From NCBI GenBank assembly GCA_030704615.1, contig CM060731.1, positions 27,342,001 through 27,406,000 of the forward strand: a DNA stretch of 64,000 nt. Reading direction: 5' to 3'. Position 1 is the stretch's first letter, and each line of letters begins with the position of its first letter. Made by a program: the position numbers and the translations under genes. The notes beneath the pieces were generated by a model. The model saw only the letters and a program-made list of their open reading frames with translations. It was not told the origin of the DNA and did no database searches. Source of the stretch: Takakia lepidozioides (lineage: Eukaryota > Plantae > Bryophyta). Below are positions 36,416-50,600 of the stretch, in pieces.

Positions 36416-38044
36416 GGGGCTGATAAAAACCAGCGGAAATTCTCACCATACTGTTTCAAATCCATCGGAGGCAATGGGTTGGGGTTGCCTGAGAGTTTAC
36501 AAAAAACCCTTATTTCAAAGCAATTGCAACCTTGTGGAATACTCACTGACTTTGGAAGGAGAAGGTTACCATCTTTACTCACCTCAAAACCAGTGCCATG
36601 TAAACCAAAGCTATCCTGTGCAATAGCATAAATGGCCTTGGGTTGGGAATCCATACAATACCCCAACCAACTGGGAAGAGTTGTCAGGGAGATCTCCCAT
36701 AATTGCATTCCAGCCAGCATTAACTCTTTGCTTGGACAGTTGCTTCGCAGCAGATTCAGAAGAGATAAGGGACAAGGAGTTGTCATCCCAGAAATGAATA
36801 ATATGGGCTAAACCTGCAGCTTCCCATTCCGCCCATCGTTTAGAACAAGGAATCAGAGCTTCTTTATCCCGATTATAATTCCCAAAGAGAGGTTGTCTCA
36901 ACACCTGGCTAAGGAAAGAGGGACTTAGCTGAACCGGGAAAAGACGCAATTTGCACCATGCCATCCAGATTGACTGCCATGCCCTTGAACCCAACCCCGG
37001 GTTTTCATTGAGCTTCCCACCTTGCATGATCCACCTAAGTGAATGAGCCCATTTATCACTGGAACGCGGGGTGGCAGCCAGAAAGTTGAGTCTAACCAGC
37101 CGACTCCAAAGGCTTGAAAGGCGAGTAACTGCACGGGGAACCCATTTGGCAAGCAAAGCAGTGATCTGCGCTTGGGGGTCTAGCACCCCAAGACCCCCCA
37201 TTTTTTTGCTTTGAGTAAGCTGGTCCTAGCTTACCAAGGCTCTTTTGGATGAGGCAGCGGGAGTAGCACCCCAAATAAAGTTCCTCATAAGGGATTTTAC
37301 CTTTCTTATTATGAGAGCTCCCGGTGACCAAACCGAAGCCAAAAACCACAGTGAAGCCAAGAGCACTTGGTTAACAATTAAAGCTCTACCCACGAGCGAC
37401 AGATGCAAGGAACACCAATGTGCAAGCTTCCTTTTAAGTTTTGTAAGGACACCTGCAAACCTAGTATCATCTGAGAGATCAGTTCCCACCAATTGACATA
37501 AGAGCTCATGCGATTCCCCATCCGATAGCCATCTCAAGCCAAATTCAATGCCCTATGGGGCAATGTGAGCTGCAACAGATGGGTCTGCCAGTCGATTTAA
37601 TAAACCAACAGATTTATTCCAATTGATTTTGAGACCCAAGGCTGCACAGAATGCCTTCAACGAGTTGAGAGCCGCATGGACATTAGAAAGAAGAGTTGTT
37701 AATGAACAAGGATGTGTCATCAGCATATAGCAAAGAGCGAATGGAAGAGGAAAAGTCATTCGGGGAATTAGGAACAACCAGACCCAAGGAGTCTTTTCTC
37801 TTATCCAGTAAGTGACCCAAACCATCTGCTGCTATAAGAAAGAGAAAGGAGGACAACGGACACCCTTGTCTTACAGATTTGAACAGAGGGAAGGGTTTGG
37901 AGACCATGCCATTGACCACCACTCTACTGGAAGCTGCAGAAAGAAGGATTTGAATCCACTTAAGGAAGTTCCCTTTGATCCCAACAACTTCTAGGGCTTT
38001 CAAAAGATAGTTCCAATTAATGTTATCAAAGCCTTTCCGAAGAC
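35136..38044 (-). pseudogene. L1-type LINE ORF2, RT domain and zf-RVT (fragmented)
   Basis: KGFDNINW, VRQGCPLS, LLYADDTSLF, LSLVGRALIVNQVL, GGLGVLD, CxxC..EDLEHALVLC. Confidence 0.92.
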
Positions 38045-38103
38045 ATGTGTTGTGTGGTTTTGGACAGCGATGTAGTTGTGTAGTGATATGTATGCGCACG
38101 ACA
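38045..38103 (+). repeat. Remnant 3' terminus (B-like segment) of a relative of the DNMT-Gypsy element
   Basis: tgtgtggttttggacagcgatgtagttgtg...gcgcacgACA resembles B (tgtgtggtggacagcgatgtatgttgtg...gtgcacgACA). Tnp2 coding sequence follows directly. Confidence 0.7.
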
Positions 38104-39610
38104 CATTCAATGCCGGGACCCCCCTCCATAGCTCCTTAAGTTCATCAACAAGAGGTCGCAAGTACGTGTCCATGTTTGCCACTTGTTTTTTCCCTATGAG
38201 ACATTCACATCATTGTTTCAATGCTCCACCAATATGCAAATTATACTACAAAATGAATTGCACGTCTTACTCCATGATTATGTCACTCATCAATCTTGCA
38301 TCCGAATTGCGTCAGAGATCAGAAGTTTAATGTAAAGTCTAAGGCAATAATAAACATGAAATGAGTACACTCACCTGGCACAATGGCAGCCAACATGATA
38401 TGGCATTTTTTAATTGAAAGATACGGAGGGATGTTATAATTCACCATGGTCACCGGCCAAGTGGAATGACTACATGACTGGACAGAGAATGGGTTGACCC
38501 CATCCGAGGAGAAGCCGAGGTGGACATGTCGTGGGTCCTCCAAGAGAAAAGGCCACATCTCTTCAATATGTTCCATGCTTGTGAATCTTGTGGCCCGCAC
38601 ACCTTTCCCGGAGGGCTCCGATGCGAGGCATGCCATCTCATGAGTCTGGCCAATTCGGGGCTTCGGTACTGTGTCCTCAATCGCGGGATGATCGGAAAAG
38701 TAATGCATTTTCTACGATGAAATACCCCACGCCCCCCACATATAATCATCCCATTAGCACACATAATACAACACCCTTATGCCTTTCCCTTTATGCAACC
38801 TCCTTTTCATTTGGGTGTGAATGGTCAAAACCGAACGTTGTTCCTTCCACTACTCACTCACTTCTTCCAAAACCACCATCAGATCTTGCATGAGTACTAC
38901 TCTCTAAACCCTAAACTTTGTGGAATACACTTTACATACATTGAGAAGATTAAAGAAAGTATTCTCTATGCGAGGGGGAATGGCGCTTATACCTTGCGTG
39001 GTACTTTTTTCCCTTGGACATCATCCCGATATCGGTCTTTCTTGTACTTTGGGCACTTGGGGAGACGCGAATCCTCTCCGTAATATAGGGTTTTATCACA
39101 TGGACATGCATGAAAAATCTTATAGCCCATCCCCACAGAGTCCAAGACTTCGCGCGCCTCTTTCCGCGACCGTGGCATCTTGGGTTTCAAGTGTGGAGCA
39201 AGGATATAGTCTGCAATAGTTCGCATTATGACAGACATCCTAACATTACTTATGCCAAATCGAATTTGAAGATTGAGCAAAAGTAAGATTGTTGAAAGTC
39301 GACTCACTTTCGTCCCTTCGTACAAGGGAGTTCTCGCCTCCCTCTCCATGTCATTTGAGGGGGCCATTTCATGATCATCGATTGGTCGGGTTCCCTCTTC
39401 ATGGGATGCATCAGCGCCCACATGATGCATTAAGAGATCCTCCATGGCTTGCACATCCTCCTGGTTAATTCCATGCTCATTGTTGTTGTCACTGTCACTG
39501 TCATCATCATCATCGTCCGGTACCGTGGGGGCGGCGTCTCGCCCACGGCTCCCGCCTGATGTACTTGGGTTGTTTTCGGATGGGGTGCCAAGAGAAAGGA
39601 CCGGGAAGGG
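38104..39610 (-). pseudogene. Tnp2-family (Transposase_21) transposase, N-terminal half, spliced
   Basis: ARTPLYEG..SRLSTILLLLNLQ, GMGYKIFHACPCDKTLY..CPKYKKDRY, RHVHLGFSSDGVNPF..HSTWPVTMVNYNIPP, DTYLRPLVDELKELW. Confidence 0.9.
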
Positions 39611-40618
39611 ATGGACAAAGTCTTGATACGAACAAATGAACATAGGGACATATATTATAATGTGTCCTTGCAACCATACACTTCATTATAAGCGAAATGC
39701 AAACAACAACCTTCAATGTGTATGTGCATCAAATATGTCATTCAAAAATTACATGTATGTGCGCAATATACACACATGCAAAGTTTCAAACCCAAACACA
39801 AAATCATTTGTCCCCCCAATGACGCATCCACCCTATCAACCAATTTTTGTTTATTAATGTGAAAGAAAATCCTCTCATGCCATTGCACCCAACAAACGGA
39901 CTCAAGCTTCATTTTTTCCTACATGTGCTTAAATATGTGTGCAACACCTGTACAAAGATCCAGCAGGGGGAAAAAAAAAAAAAAAAAAAAAAAAACATTT
40001 TCCTCCCCAACGACACACTCACCCTTGCACCAATTTTGAATTAAATCGAATTTAAATGAATTTAAAAATAAATATTTACATTTAGAAAATATATGATTGC
40101 AGTTTTGAGGGGCGTAATGATTTTATTTTTAGCTCTTTTTTGTTCTGTGACATCGGGCTTTGCACCACTACACCCATGCAAAAAAATGGACAAAAAAAAA
40201 AAGTGTATTTCTAGGGTCACTTTTGCATAACTCTCTATGAAGAGTGCATGAAGTTGAAGATAACTCAACTTTGGAGTGCAAATGAGATAACACAATCTGG
40301 TTATGGGTCCAAATGACTTTTGTTTACTCCCAAATTTTGCACGCACATTGCATATGCTATCATTAAACATATGGCTTAAAAATGGAATAAAAAAAAAATC
40401 ATATGTAAGCGAAACGCAATTTTCCGTCTCTATGACACGAAGCTACCTTCAACACTAGAATGACCCATTGAATCAATTTGGTTCAAGCTCATATTTGGTC
40501 CACATGTGCATAAGTATGTTTAGATCACATATGCAATGTTGCAACCCACACGAACAACAAGAAAAAAATTCATATCAATCGATTAATCGGATGTATACAA
40601 AGTACATCATGAGAATAT

Positions 40619-41191
40619 CTACAATGCCCCTCTACACGATCCCTGTCTCAAAGGAATCATGTTTCTATCATACACATCCCACTCACGCTGTAATCGGAGG
40701 TCCCAATCATCCCGGGAGAACTCGTATGATGCAAATAGTTCGCTGCCAGCCCTAATAGTCCTACTAGCACATGTCATCACAAACTTGTGCATCCCCTCAC
40801 AGTATACTGACGTATGACCACAAAAGCTCTCGTGCCCATCGCTTTGCTCGTCCCATACTACATTGGTTCTCCTAGGATGACCAAAAAAACTATTGACCAG
40901 CCCAGCAACATTGCCGAAGATGTCGGGGTCACCATCACAAAATCTGATCTCAATGGGAAACAACCCCCGTCTACGTACATCCTGTCCGTTGACACACAAA
41001 ATATAGGGTAGGGTGTATGGGGCTTCGAGGCGTCGTGGAGGTGTAGTATGGACCGTAGTAGAGAAACAAGTCCACCATGATGTTTCTCCGAGGAGGAACC
41101 GCAATATCATTGACCGTGAATAACCCCGACCCATAGCAGGGTCTGTAGCGGCTCTCACAACATACCGTCTCCCCCAATACTCGAACTCCAC
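40619..41191 (-). pseudogene. SET-domain protein (frameshifted) inside the Tnp2 element
   Basis: VVRAATDPAMGRG/LFTVNDI..FLYYGP (two frames) ... FCDGDPDIFGNVAGLVNS..TNVVW ... ASRTIRAGSELFASY. This matches the SET signatures GxGLF, NxAxxxN and IxxGxELxxxY. Confidence 0.75.
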
Positions 41192-41716
41192 ATTTTCTCG
41201 GATGGGGGTGGGAGGGTCGAGATGATTCCCCCAACAACGAGGCTGGACGGTCCTCAGTAACTAGTCCTATGCGCTTCCCATCGGGGGCGAGGATCCGGCT
41301 CAGGCCACCCAAGCCGAAGGGGGGAAACCTAGGGCGAAGCCGACCCCTCCTAGGGGTTCGGGGGGCACATGCACGTGGGGTGGAGGTGGTAGCGGCGGAG
41401 GAGAGTAAAGTGGAGGTGTTGAGGACAATGTCGGATGTGCACCGTCTCCCCCAATACTCGAACTCCACATTTTCTCGATGGGGGTGGGAGTGTCAGATGA
41501 TTCCCCCAACAACGAGGCTTACGGTCCTCATAACTAGTCCTCGCTTCCCATCGGTAGCGAGATCCGGCTCAGGCCACCCAAGCCCGAAGGGGAGGAAACC
41601 TAGGGCGAAGCCGACCCCTCTAGGGTTCGGGGGGGCACATGCCGTGGAGGTGGAGGTGGTACTGCTGGCGGAGGAGATGAAAGTGGAGGTGGTTGAGGAT
41701 GTAATGTCGGATGTGC
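41164..41716. repeat. ~277-bp diverged tandem duplication upstream of the SET domain
   Basis: accgtctcccccaatactcgaactccacattttctcg at 41164 and 41441; both units end aatgtcggatgtgca. Confidence 0.9.
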
Positions 41717-44127
41717 AGCCGGGGGTACAACGTCGGATCAGGCAAAAAACCAGACCGGGGGGGGGGGGTGGCTTTTCGTCGCCGCCATAACGCCTACGAC
41801 ACCTACGATACCCCTCGACCCTACGCCTCTCATCTACGTGCTGCTGGGGGAACCAACTGTCCACATCGGGCACATGCTCTGACACAAATTCTACAAGTAG
41901 ACCGGCACAAATGCCTCCAATGTGATTGTGAGTGCATGTGATGTGAGCTTGGGCATCAAGTCGTGGCTGCAATGTGCGTACTTAAGTGCAGAACGACCAT
42001 CAATACTTATGTCGTAATTTTGATTCATGTATGCTTACCAATCAAACTATATTTAGATAAAAATAATTATATATTAAATGAATGTTAATGAGAGGGGTGG
42101 AAAAAACACGCACCTTGCCGCATCCGCAATGCTTGTTCTTCTTGTAATGTTTTTCGACAACATGCGGTCGCCGCCGCCGTCGGTGGTCTGGTGCCGCCCG
42201 GCGGTATCTGTTTGCCTCTTCCTGTTCCCAACACTTAGTGCACCAACACTCAATCCTATCGGAGGGGTCAAGGGTGGACGTGGTTGGACGGGGTGGCCCG
42301 CGAGGGGCAACCCGGCGGCGCGCCCGACTTGATCCCGGAGTGTCCACACATCCTCCGCACACCTGAAATTTGGCTCCGGTCCCTTCGACGATTGTTCTCG
42401 CATCGGCCTGCCTGTATTGGATCAGGTGCAATGGGTGGCTCCTCGCCACGAAAAACGATCGCTCTAGGGCCACAATATATGTGGTACTACCTCCCCATCC
42501 TTGAAGGAGATGGGTCGATGTTTCCTCACCATCGCATCCTAATTAACACACACCACCAACACTTTCATTCTCAAAAACCGTTGGCAAAAAAACCCTATGC
42601 CTCAGCCTCGGGGCTTTCAAAATTGGTAACCAAAGGCGGAGCATCCCTATGGTACTAGAGCCCAAGACAATAAATCCTTCCTCTCATTCTATCTTCATGA
42701 TGCCCGCACCATGGAAAAATTTGTTGAGACCCAGTGCTTTGCGATTATTAGATTGAACCACATTTTGGGTATGTGAATCATAATTACACCGTTTATCCTG
42801 TTAACCCCAAGACTCACAACCAAAACCGCGGATCCAAAACCCAGCACCATAAAGCAAGCAACCCTAACCCAGTACCATATGAAAAAAAAAAAAAAAAAAA
42901 AAAAACTAAGAAACCCAAAAGGCCCTAAGCCCTAAACCCAGAAAGGCCGGCCGTCGCCTCCTTTGACACCCTCGCATCGCATTTGACGACAATTTTTTTC
43001 AATTTTTTTACCTGGGGGTCGCACCCCGCGACGGCAAGCCGTCGCGGGAGGCGACGTGTTTTTTTTATTTTATGGGCCAGGGGTCGCAAACAAGGATGGC
43101 CGGCCGTCGCAAATACCATTTTTACATTTCACAAAAAGGGCTGGGCGCAGGCGTGCGACGGGCGGGTGTCGCACATAGGCGCCACGCCTTTCTTTTCCCC
43201 TAAGTGCTTGAAGCATCTCTTTCCCTTCCCCTCCCGTTTTCGTTTGTTCTTTGGGAGAGAAGAGAGTGGGGTTTTGAGGGTGGAGGAGAAACACACCTGC
43301 TGCTGAGCCCGAGGTGGTCGCAAGGCCCCAAAGAGTTGCCCCCCAATGCCGCTCCAACGCCCAAGTTAAGCACCGCCTCCTCCCTCAGTTTCTCTCTTGC
43401 TTTCTTGCCCTAAGCACGGACTGATGTCTCTCTCCCCTGTGTGGTAGGAACGCCGCACAGATGCGCGATCTAAACGAGCTGAAGAGAGACAGAGATGTGG
43501 TGAGCGGGGGGGACAACGACGCAATGGCGTGAGCATTGGGCATGAGCGCGCGAGCATACGCTCACGCAGGAGTGACGTGGCGTGAGCCTACACCCACGCT
43601 GACGTGGCGTGAGCGTCATGTCAGCATGCTGATGTGGCGGCAAATGATGACGTGGCACTGTCCGTCGTCTGCCATGTCAGCATTAACATGCGCCGCCTAT
43701 AACCGAGGATGGTCCTATGACCGTGGAATTATGCAAGAATCTTGCCTAAATAGAATCAAGACTACCATGAGGCCTACAGTTGTAGCATCCAACATTGTGC
43801 AATTACAAATGCTTGTTTCACTTTTACAATTACGAGGACGAGAAAATATCCTCATAAAGTGTGCGCCATAGAGGCTGCCATGGGAAGACCTTCCTCCCTC
43901 CTCAAATAACAATGAGAGTTAGGATCATCTTCAAAAGATGATTGTAGTGCATAGCGACAGCAAGACATATAGACTTCGAACGGTGCAATGACAAATGTGC
44001 TTTTAAAAGTTGCCACTCAGAGCTCACTCAGTATATGATGGAGCCATATCATTGCACCGCCGACGAATTGATGTGAATTACACATTTCAAATCATGGTCG
44101 TCCACATACCACATTGCATAGTTGATG

Positions 44128-47100
44128 CTACCCATGTGTTATATCCCGCTGCAATAGAGTATCGACCTCGTTGAAACTCATAGTGGTCTGGTGAATGAAG
44201 TTGTCACGTTTGGGATCGCAAACCATCCTCTTCAAAAATATGAAATACGAATGTTTGCAGGGTATGAATTTACCTCTCTTGCCCAAACTGGTTGATAGCA
44301 TATTCACAAAATCAGGACATGTGCAATTGGGAAATTGGAAACCGTGATGTCGTAGGTCCTGTCATGAACAGCAGATGTGGAAGTGATGATTGTGAATACC
44401 CGACCATATCTTGGATCGGGCACTTCCGTGGTGCTTCCAACACGAGCTTGGAGCATTCTTGCGGACTCCACTTTGCCAAAGTATTCAGTGGTTGGAAGGA
44501 AACGCCGAACGAGCTTTCCATCTCGTTTGGTTGGCCACAAGTCAGGATTTGCCGGGGGGACCCGGGCGGACGAAGAAGTAGTAGCACACGCATGGAGTTG
44601 GGGTTGTCTCGCAAGGGAAAAGTCTGCCTCCTCCAGCATTTCAATCTCCTGAAATCTGAGATGTGTTCCCACCTTCACGGGCCAAACGGTTGGAGGAGAT
44701 GGCTTCATCACTACGGAAGGACGCACAGTTCCATGCACACATCTGGCACAATCATCTGCGCAGAACCAGAACTTGTGGTTCTTGGCTTCTAGTTGACCGT
44801 ATGGACGCATCAAACCCGTGAAAGTCGGAGCAGGAGTTCGGGCACCACCTCTGGATATAGATGAAGTGCACTTCTCGAAATTAGTTGCCCTGATCGCTGT
44901 ACATTTCATACGAGACCCTTCACTTGTGCGTTCTATGTGCTAAACGTGGTCGGGGCATGCGGACTCAAGCACATCAAGGGGGTTGTTTCTCTCCTGCACC
45001 ATTTCAGTGGCACTGTTTGATGCTGGAGCTTGCCGTCGTGTTGGAGGTTCCTCCAGAATGGAAGTTCCGGACATGGAGCTGTCATGCAGGGGAACACGAG
45101 GCTTCGAGAAGTTATCACGGTCTGCCCTGTGCGAATCGGAATCCGAACCAGGTGGAGTGTTCAATTTCCTCTTATAGGAGCTGAATCTTTCCTCCCCTTC
45201 AAGATGTGGAGCTCTAGAAACAAGTGGCGTTCCCTGGGCATACATGCTTACCGCCCGTGCTATCTTGATTGGATCCCCAGATCTGTTTGCAGCACACAAC
45301 ATCAACTCCCATTTGTCCGGACCCTTGCCACCAACCCCACCTCGCAAGAAATCACGGTATCGGGTTTGTTGTTGCAAGGCACGTATCAAATCATCTGTTG
45401 TTGCCACATACAAATCTCGACCTCGTTTCCCAGACTGCCGCAACCATGCGTTGTGCACAGTTTCTGCCAAATTGCAAGATGGCATGTCCGTCATTTCCTC
45501 AATGGACATGTTCTGCAAAGTGGAGAACCACACTTCAAAACAGTGAACAAGAAACAACATAAAGAAAGCGAGGAGACAATAAAATGGAAAGTAAATGTAT
45601 GAATAAAGCAAGAAATATAAGCCTCGTACCACTGCCATGGCTGATCCCCACTGTCTATACCGGAAGTGCCAAAACGCCAGCCAATCTTCCAATGCTCTCA
45701 TACTCTCAAGTGATGCAGCTCAGAAGAGAACCACCAGGCACGAATTGTCTGGAACAAAGAGTCCGCCTCCTTCATTGTTCTAGCATCTTTGTACTCTTTG
45801 CACAATTTACGGTGCTGAGTCTGCATCTCTGGTTTGATGTCCGACTTTGTATGTTTTTCCAGAGATTGTGTCCAATGGAATAGACATGTACGCTCTCTTC
45901 CTCGCATTGGCACTTTTGGGTCGCCCGATCCGAAGACAATACGAACAGCATTGAAATTTGCTTGAGCATTATCCGCTATGAAACCTGCAAAATTTGGAGA
46001 TGGCACCCCATGGCAGCCCATGACACGTATCAGGGAATTCCACATGAGCTTCTGGGATTCTGTATCCTCGGATTGCATGTCACAAACTGCAATTGTCATA
46101 ACTCGTTGGTACACTGGATCGTAGACATGACAAGCCATTGTCGTCCAATCCTTCACTCGTTTCACATGATCAAACATAAGAAAACAGTTCTGCAAGTCCC
46201 CAGTCTTCTGCATCCGCTTCACGAGGCTAACCCCACTGCCCTCCCCAACAGTCGACATTTTGAAAAGAAAAACTTTGATGGCACCTTGACCTGGGAATAC
46301 ATTGTCCTGGATGTAATCGTACTTGCTCACTCGTTTCAACTCCAAAATGTTGTCTATGTAGCCTCTGATACCAGAGCCCATTCTTAATGCATTGATCTGA
46401 TGCCGAATGTTAGGTGAACTCAAAGTGGAGAAATGATCCATGACCAGGTCCAATGCTGCACCGTCAAGTTTAGTCCCCACAGAATCCCCTTCACTCAAAA
46501 TATGGCTTTCCAAGAAGGACTTGCTTGCGCCAAGAGCAATTGCAGATGTTGTTGCGGATGGGTTTCTCCCGAACTCCTGTTTAATCAACCTCGATACTGT
46601 CTCAACACTCTCCCTGTAATCCCCTTCGAGACAGGATGGTTATGGAATCCGAAATGCACACAAGCTCTTGTCATTGTTTTCAAACGGTGGACAGCATAGT
46701 ACATTCTTGCTCCGCAGAGCGCCAAGCAGGATGACACAAGTTTGCAGAATTTGCAGACGAAAGTGTTTGCCGGTGGTGGGGCAGTTCCCAGGCTGAAATG
46801 GATTTTCCGCCAGACCCTCCCATTCGCTTTGATTATGAACCCCAGACTGAAGAAAGTGTCTGCAATTCAAATTATCACACCTAAGGTTTCCATTGCAAAC
46901 TATTCTCCTGAAAACAAGCTTGTCATCATTCTGAATATTGGATGTTTTTGTTCTGCACCACGGGTGCCCATCGTGTTTCTTGTCCATTCCATGCATCATG
47001 ATTGTTACACCTCCAACTCGCGGAGGAGGAGGCAGCTCGAATAGGATATCGCCATCAAAAGTCTCTGGCAAGAACTTCACAAGCACCTGCTTCAAAGATT

Positions 47101-47641
47101 CCCAATCAATTCCTCGCAACTCACTTTTGAATCCAGCCATTCCTCCCATCGCCCGTAGTTTTGGAATGACACTACAAATCTCTTCTTCATCAGCTTCTCC
47201 AACCACAGTAGGAAGGACTGGATTTGGAATTTCACTTATGTCATCATCGGACGAATCCGAAAGCTCAACGATTGGAGTGGAGAACGTCTGTTCTTTTTTC
47301 ACCACCACCTCCCTCTTGTCTTCAACGACCGAAGCAGCAGTCCCGGGCGTCACATATGATCCAAGGGACTTTCGCCGAGGCTCTCCAAGTACTCTGTATC
47401 GACCAGGGCGCACTCTCCACTGGCTGACATGAGCCGTCTCATCACGGTTTTGGAAAGAGTATTTCAACAACTTCCCTTTCAAATCGTACACCTCTTTCTC
47501 CAAAAAGATGGAGCCATTTTGAAGCTAAAAACGGGTAGCCAAGACATGTTCCAAAACAATTGCAAATCCATTGTCAAGGACTTCCTGGGAGAACGACACT
47601 GGTTTGTCGTCAGAGAAGAACTCCGCTTCAGAGGAAGCCAT
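44128..47641 (-). pseudogene. MULE-family DDE transposase with N-terminal Cys/His-rich DNA-binding region and C-terminal SWIM finger
   Basis: FLMFDHVKRV (D1), GFIADNAQANFNAV (D2), RTCLFHW (CxxH), CNLAETVH (E). SWIM CTCPDF...IPCKHSYFIF. N-terminal DGHPWCRTKTSN..CNGNLRCDNLNC. Several stops and frameshifts; intron at ~45515-45627. Confidence 0.88.
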
Positions 47642-50600
47642 CTTCCTTCCTCGCGTACGTTGATACCTTGCTATCGCAGACCTTCAGTGTAAATCGGTTT
47701 ACTGATGTCTCCAGAACACAGTTGAAGAATGAGCAGAGAATATGGCGGAGGAAGCTCAGACGACGACTGTGCGTATTCTGTTATTCCTTCCAGATATGCA
47801 GCCGTCCATTTTAATTACTTTTTTTGTGGGCCCTGTGGTCAGAGTATCCCTAGGAGCAATGTCGGCAGCTGTTAAAACCGTTAATCAGAACCTCATCAAT
47901 AAACACAATAACAAGCCGACTTCCTGGAAGCATGCCACAGGATCTGAGGGTGGGATTGCAGATTGAGTAAATGCATCTTTTACTACTACCAATGATCATG
48001 CGCACTGGAAAGTTCAAAATGTGAAACGAACGTGGGGTTGGCTAACAAGGATGAACGTGTATGATATCCCAAAATTTGTCATCAAACTCTCGTTCATTTA
48101 CATATATTTGTCTAAGACTGTGTGCCAAGATTTCTGGGATTCGCTGTTATTTTTAAATATTGAAACCGTTCTAATAAAGAACACGTCGTTTATTTTGGGC
48201 GACACACGTCAGACATCGATAACTATATTGAATACGAACAGCTGTGCACTAATTGCTGGCATGTGCACTAATAAGGGAATGACTATGTGTAACGGTCACG
48301 CGAGAGGGAATCCGATGCTTCTAGAGACAAGCCACAACGCACGCAATCCCGCAAGAAATCGGGAGTCACTTCGTTTTTCTACTTTTCGCGCTTAGAGGGA
48401 GAGTGGTAGTCAAGCTGGAGAGGGTTCCTTCTACAATACGAAAGAGAAGAAAGTTTCTTTATTTTACTTCCCTTAGAGAGAGACGCAGAGCAAGAGAGCA
48501 AATGACGAGGCGTCGTTTGTTGGAGAACACAGGGCCAAGGCAGCAGGTGAACGCGGAGACTGATTCACAAAAGCAGACCGAGACTGAGGCAGCGACTGTG
48601 ACACAGTCGGCGATAACAGTGCGCGTTGGAAACCAGCCTGTGGATGCAGAGATGACTCGTAGGGAAACTGAAAGAGGTGGAAGTACGGGGAATGCTGAAC
48701 CGGGAGAAGGTCCAGAAACCCTAGAGCAGACAAAAATTCTAGCAGATGTGAGAGGGAAGAGGAAAGCTGCAGAAGGGGATCCAATTTCAAAACCTAAGAA
48801 GGTGCCAGTAAGTTTTCTCTAACTGGAATGTCCCAGAAAGGGATTGTCGCTACCGACCATCACCATGAAACAACGGTGATTTGCTTTCTACTCCTCTGTT
48901 AAGGGTTTTCCGCACAATGAGTGAGTGACTGACGGTACCGTCATTCACTGTTGTTTAGAACATACAGTCTGTCTGATTGCCTTTCAAGCAGTCATTCTTC
49001 TTCCCTTCTTAAGCAGAAACATGTGATTGAAGTCTACTGAATTGCGAGCGTCGTTAACGCCATTCGATTCTCCTCATGATATGTGTGTTTGAAGAGAGAG
49101 TGAGGGTCGGCATATTCAGTCATATTGTTTTGCAATGCATTTTCTTTGTTTGAGGTTGAACAGATAGAGAAGTGGAAAGGCGGTACCGCCAATCAAAGAT
49201 TTGAAGACCATACTGTAGATTCAGGTAGAATATCGATTGGAAAGTACTCTCGACATAGACAAGAAACAGTGAATGCTTGCAACGTTCATCACAATGGAGT
49301 CAATCTCAATAATCTGCACTTATTGTCCGCCCTAAACTATACTGAGTGTCGTTGTCGCCAATCACTTACACATATATGTCATTGCACAACACTGATCCGG
49401 CAGGTCCCACTCTTTTGTGATTGTCGTTAACGCCGTTCGCTCTTGCTCAAAACCTTTCTGTTCCTGTGTCCCTAGAATCATAGTGTTTTGTTTTGAATTC
49501 GGTAGGATCAGCTTTGCTTGTGTAGATGGTTTTGAATTTGTTTCACACCATTCATTGTGATTTGAGACGAGACAGAGTGATGGTCGTTACCGCCGTTCAC
49601 TATTTGCACATTACTCAGTCAGATTTGAATGGCATCGTGCAGAAAACTGTGAGGTCCAAGCCTACAGGATCAGAGGGGAAAGGATCTGGAGATGGGGACG
49701 AGTCTGGAAAAAGTTCAGAGAATAGCGATGAAGCAGATGAATCTGAAGTGCACTACCTTGACAAGGTGAAAGAACTCATGTCATTCCAGAAGGTAAACTC
49801 TCAGGAGGTTATAAGGGACATGCTCGTATCTGGAGGGCGTCTGGACATCCCTCTATGCCGGATGATGTCTATGTCTGTTGTGCGTCCACCTCTTTCCCAT
49901 GACATAACAAAATTGGAGAGTGATTTCGTGCATGGATACAGACTTGGTGCATAAGTTTTTTATGTGTCACTGACGGATACAAATGTGAAAAACACATTAG
50001 TGTCTCCAGAGATCAGTGATACCTGGGATGAGTGCTGGAAAGATGCTAATGAGGAGTTCAAGCTGGGCCTCATGATGGGAAAGAACACCCAGCAATTCTG
50101 CAACCACATGTTCTACGTCTGGGACGGCAACCACCGATTGCTGGCATGGATGGGATACATTCAGAAACATCATGCGAAAGACAAAGACAAGCATGTTGCT
50201 GTGGAGGCAATGGTTTTGGATCCTGGAAAGGACATCGCTAGGCTTCTTACAGCTATGCACGACGTGAACAAGTAAGTCATCCTAGAGACTTCATTCCCTC
50301 TGTAGTGTCTTGTTAATCCCAAAAAAACAGTGTTAATGAATGCAATGTTTCCAATGTTTTTGCAGATCGACAGAGAAATCGCATGTGACAACAAGCTTGG
50401 TCCACACACTATTCTGAATTCAGAGGATAGGTCTGATGAAGCTGGATGATTTTCGGACAGTACTCCACCCCAATATAATCAAGAAGTGCGAAACAGGAAG
50501 AGTTGCAGGCACTTGGTATTCTTTGACTCGAGAGGCGTTTCTGGAGTACATGTATGCGGTAAGCCCGAGTCTGTACTCAGTTTACTTTTCGAATACATGT

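Larger units (their letters stand above)
38104..43525 (-). mobile_element. CACTA/CMC-type (Tnp2) transposon, truncated at both ends
   Basis: Tnp2 exons at 38104-39610, SET ORF, upstream Cys/His exon, and clustered ccgtcgc/gcgacgg subterminal-type repeats at 42950-43170. No CACTA terminus is visible. Confidence 0.65.
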
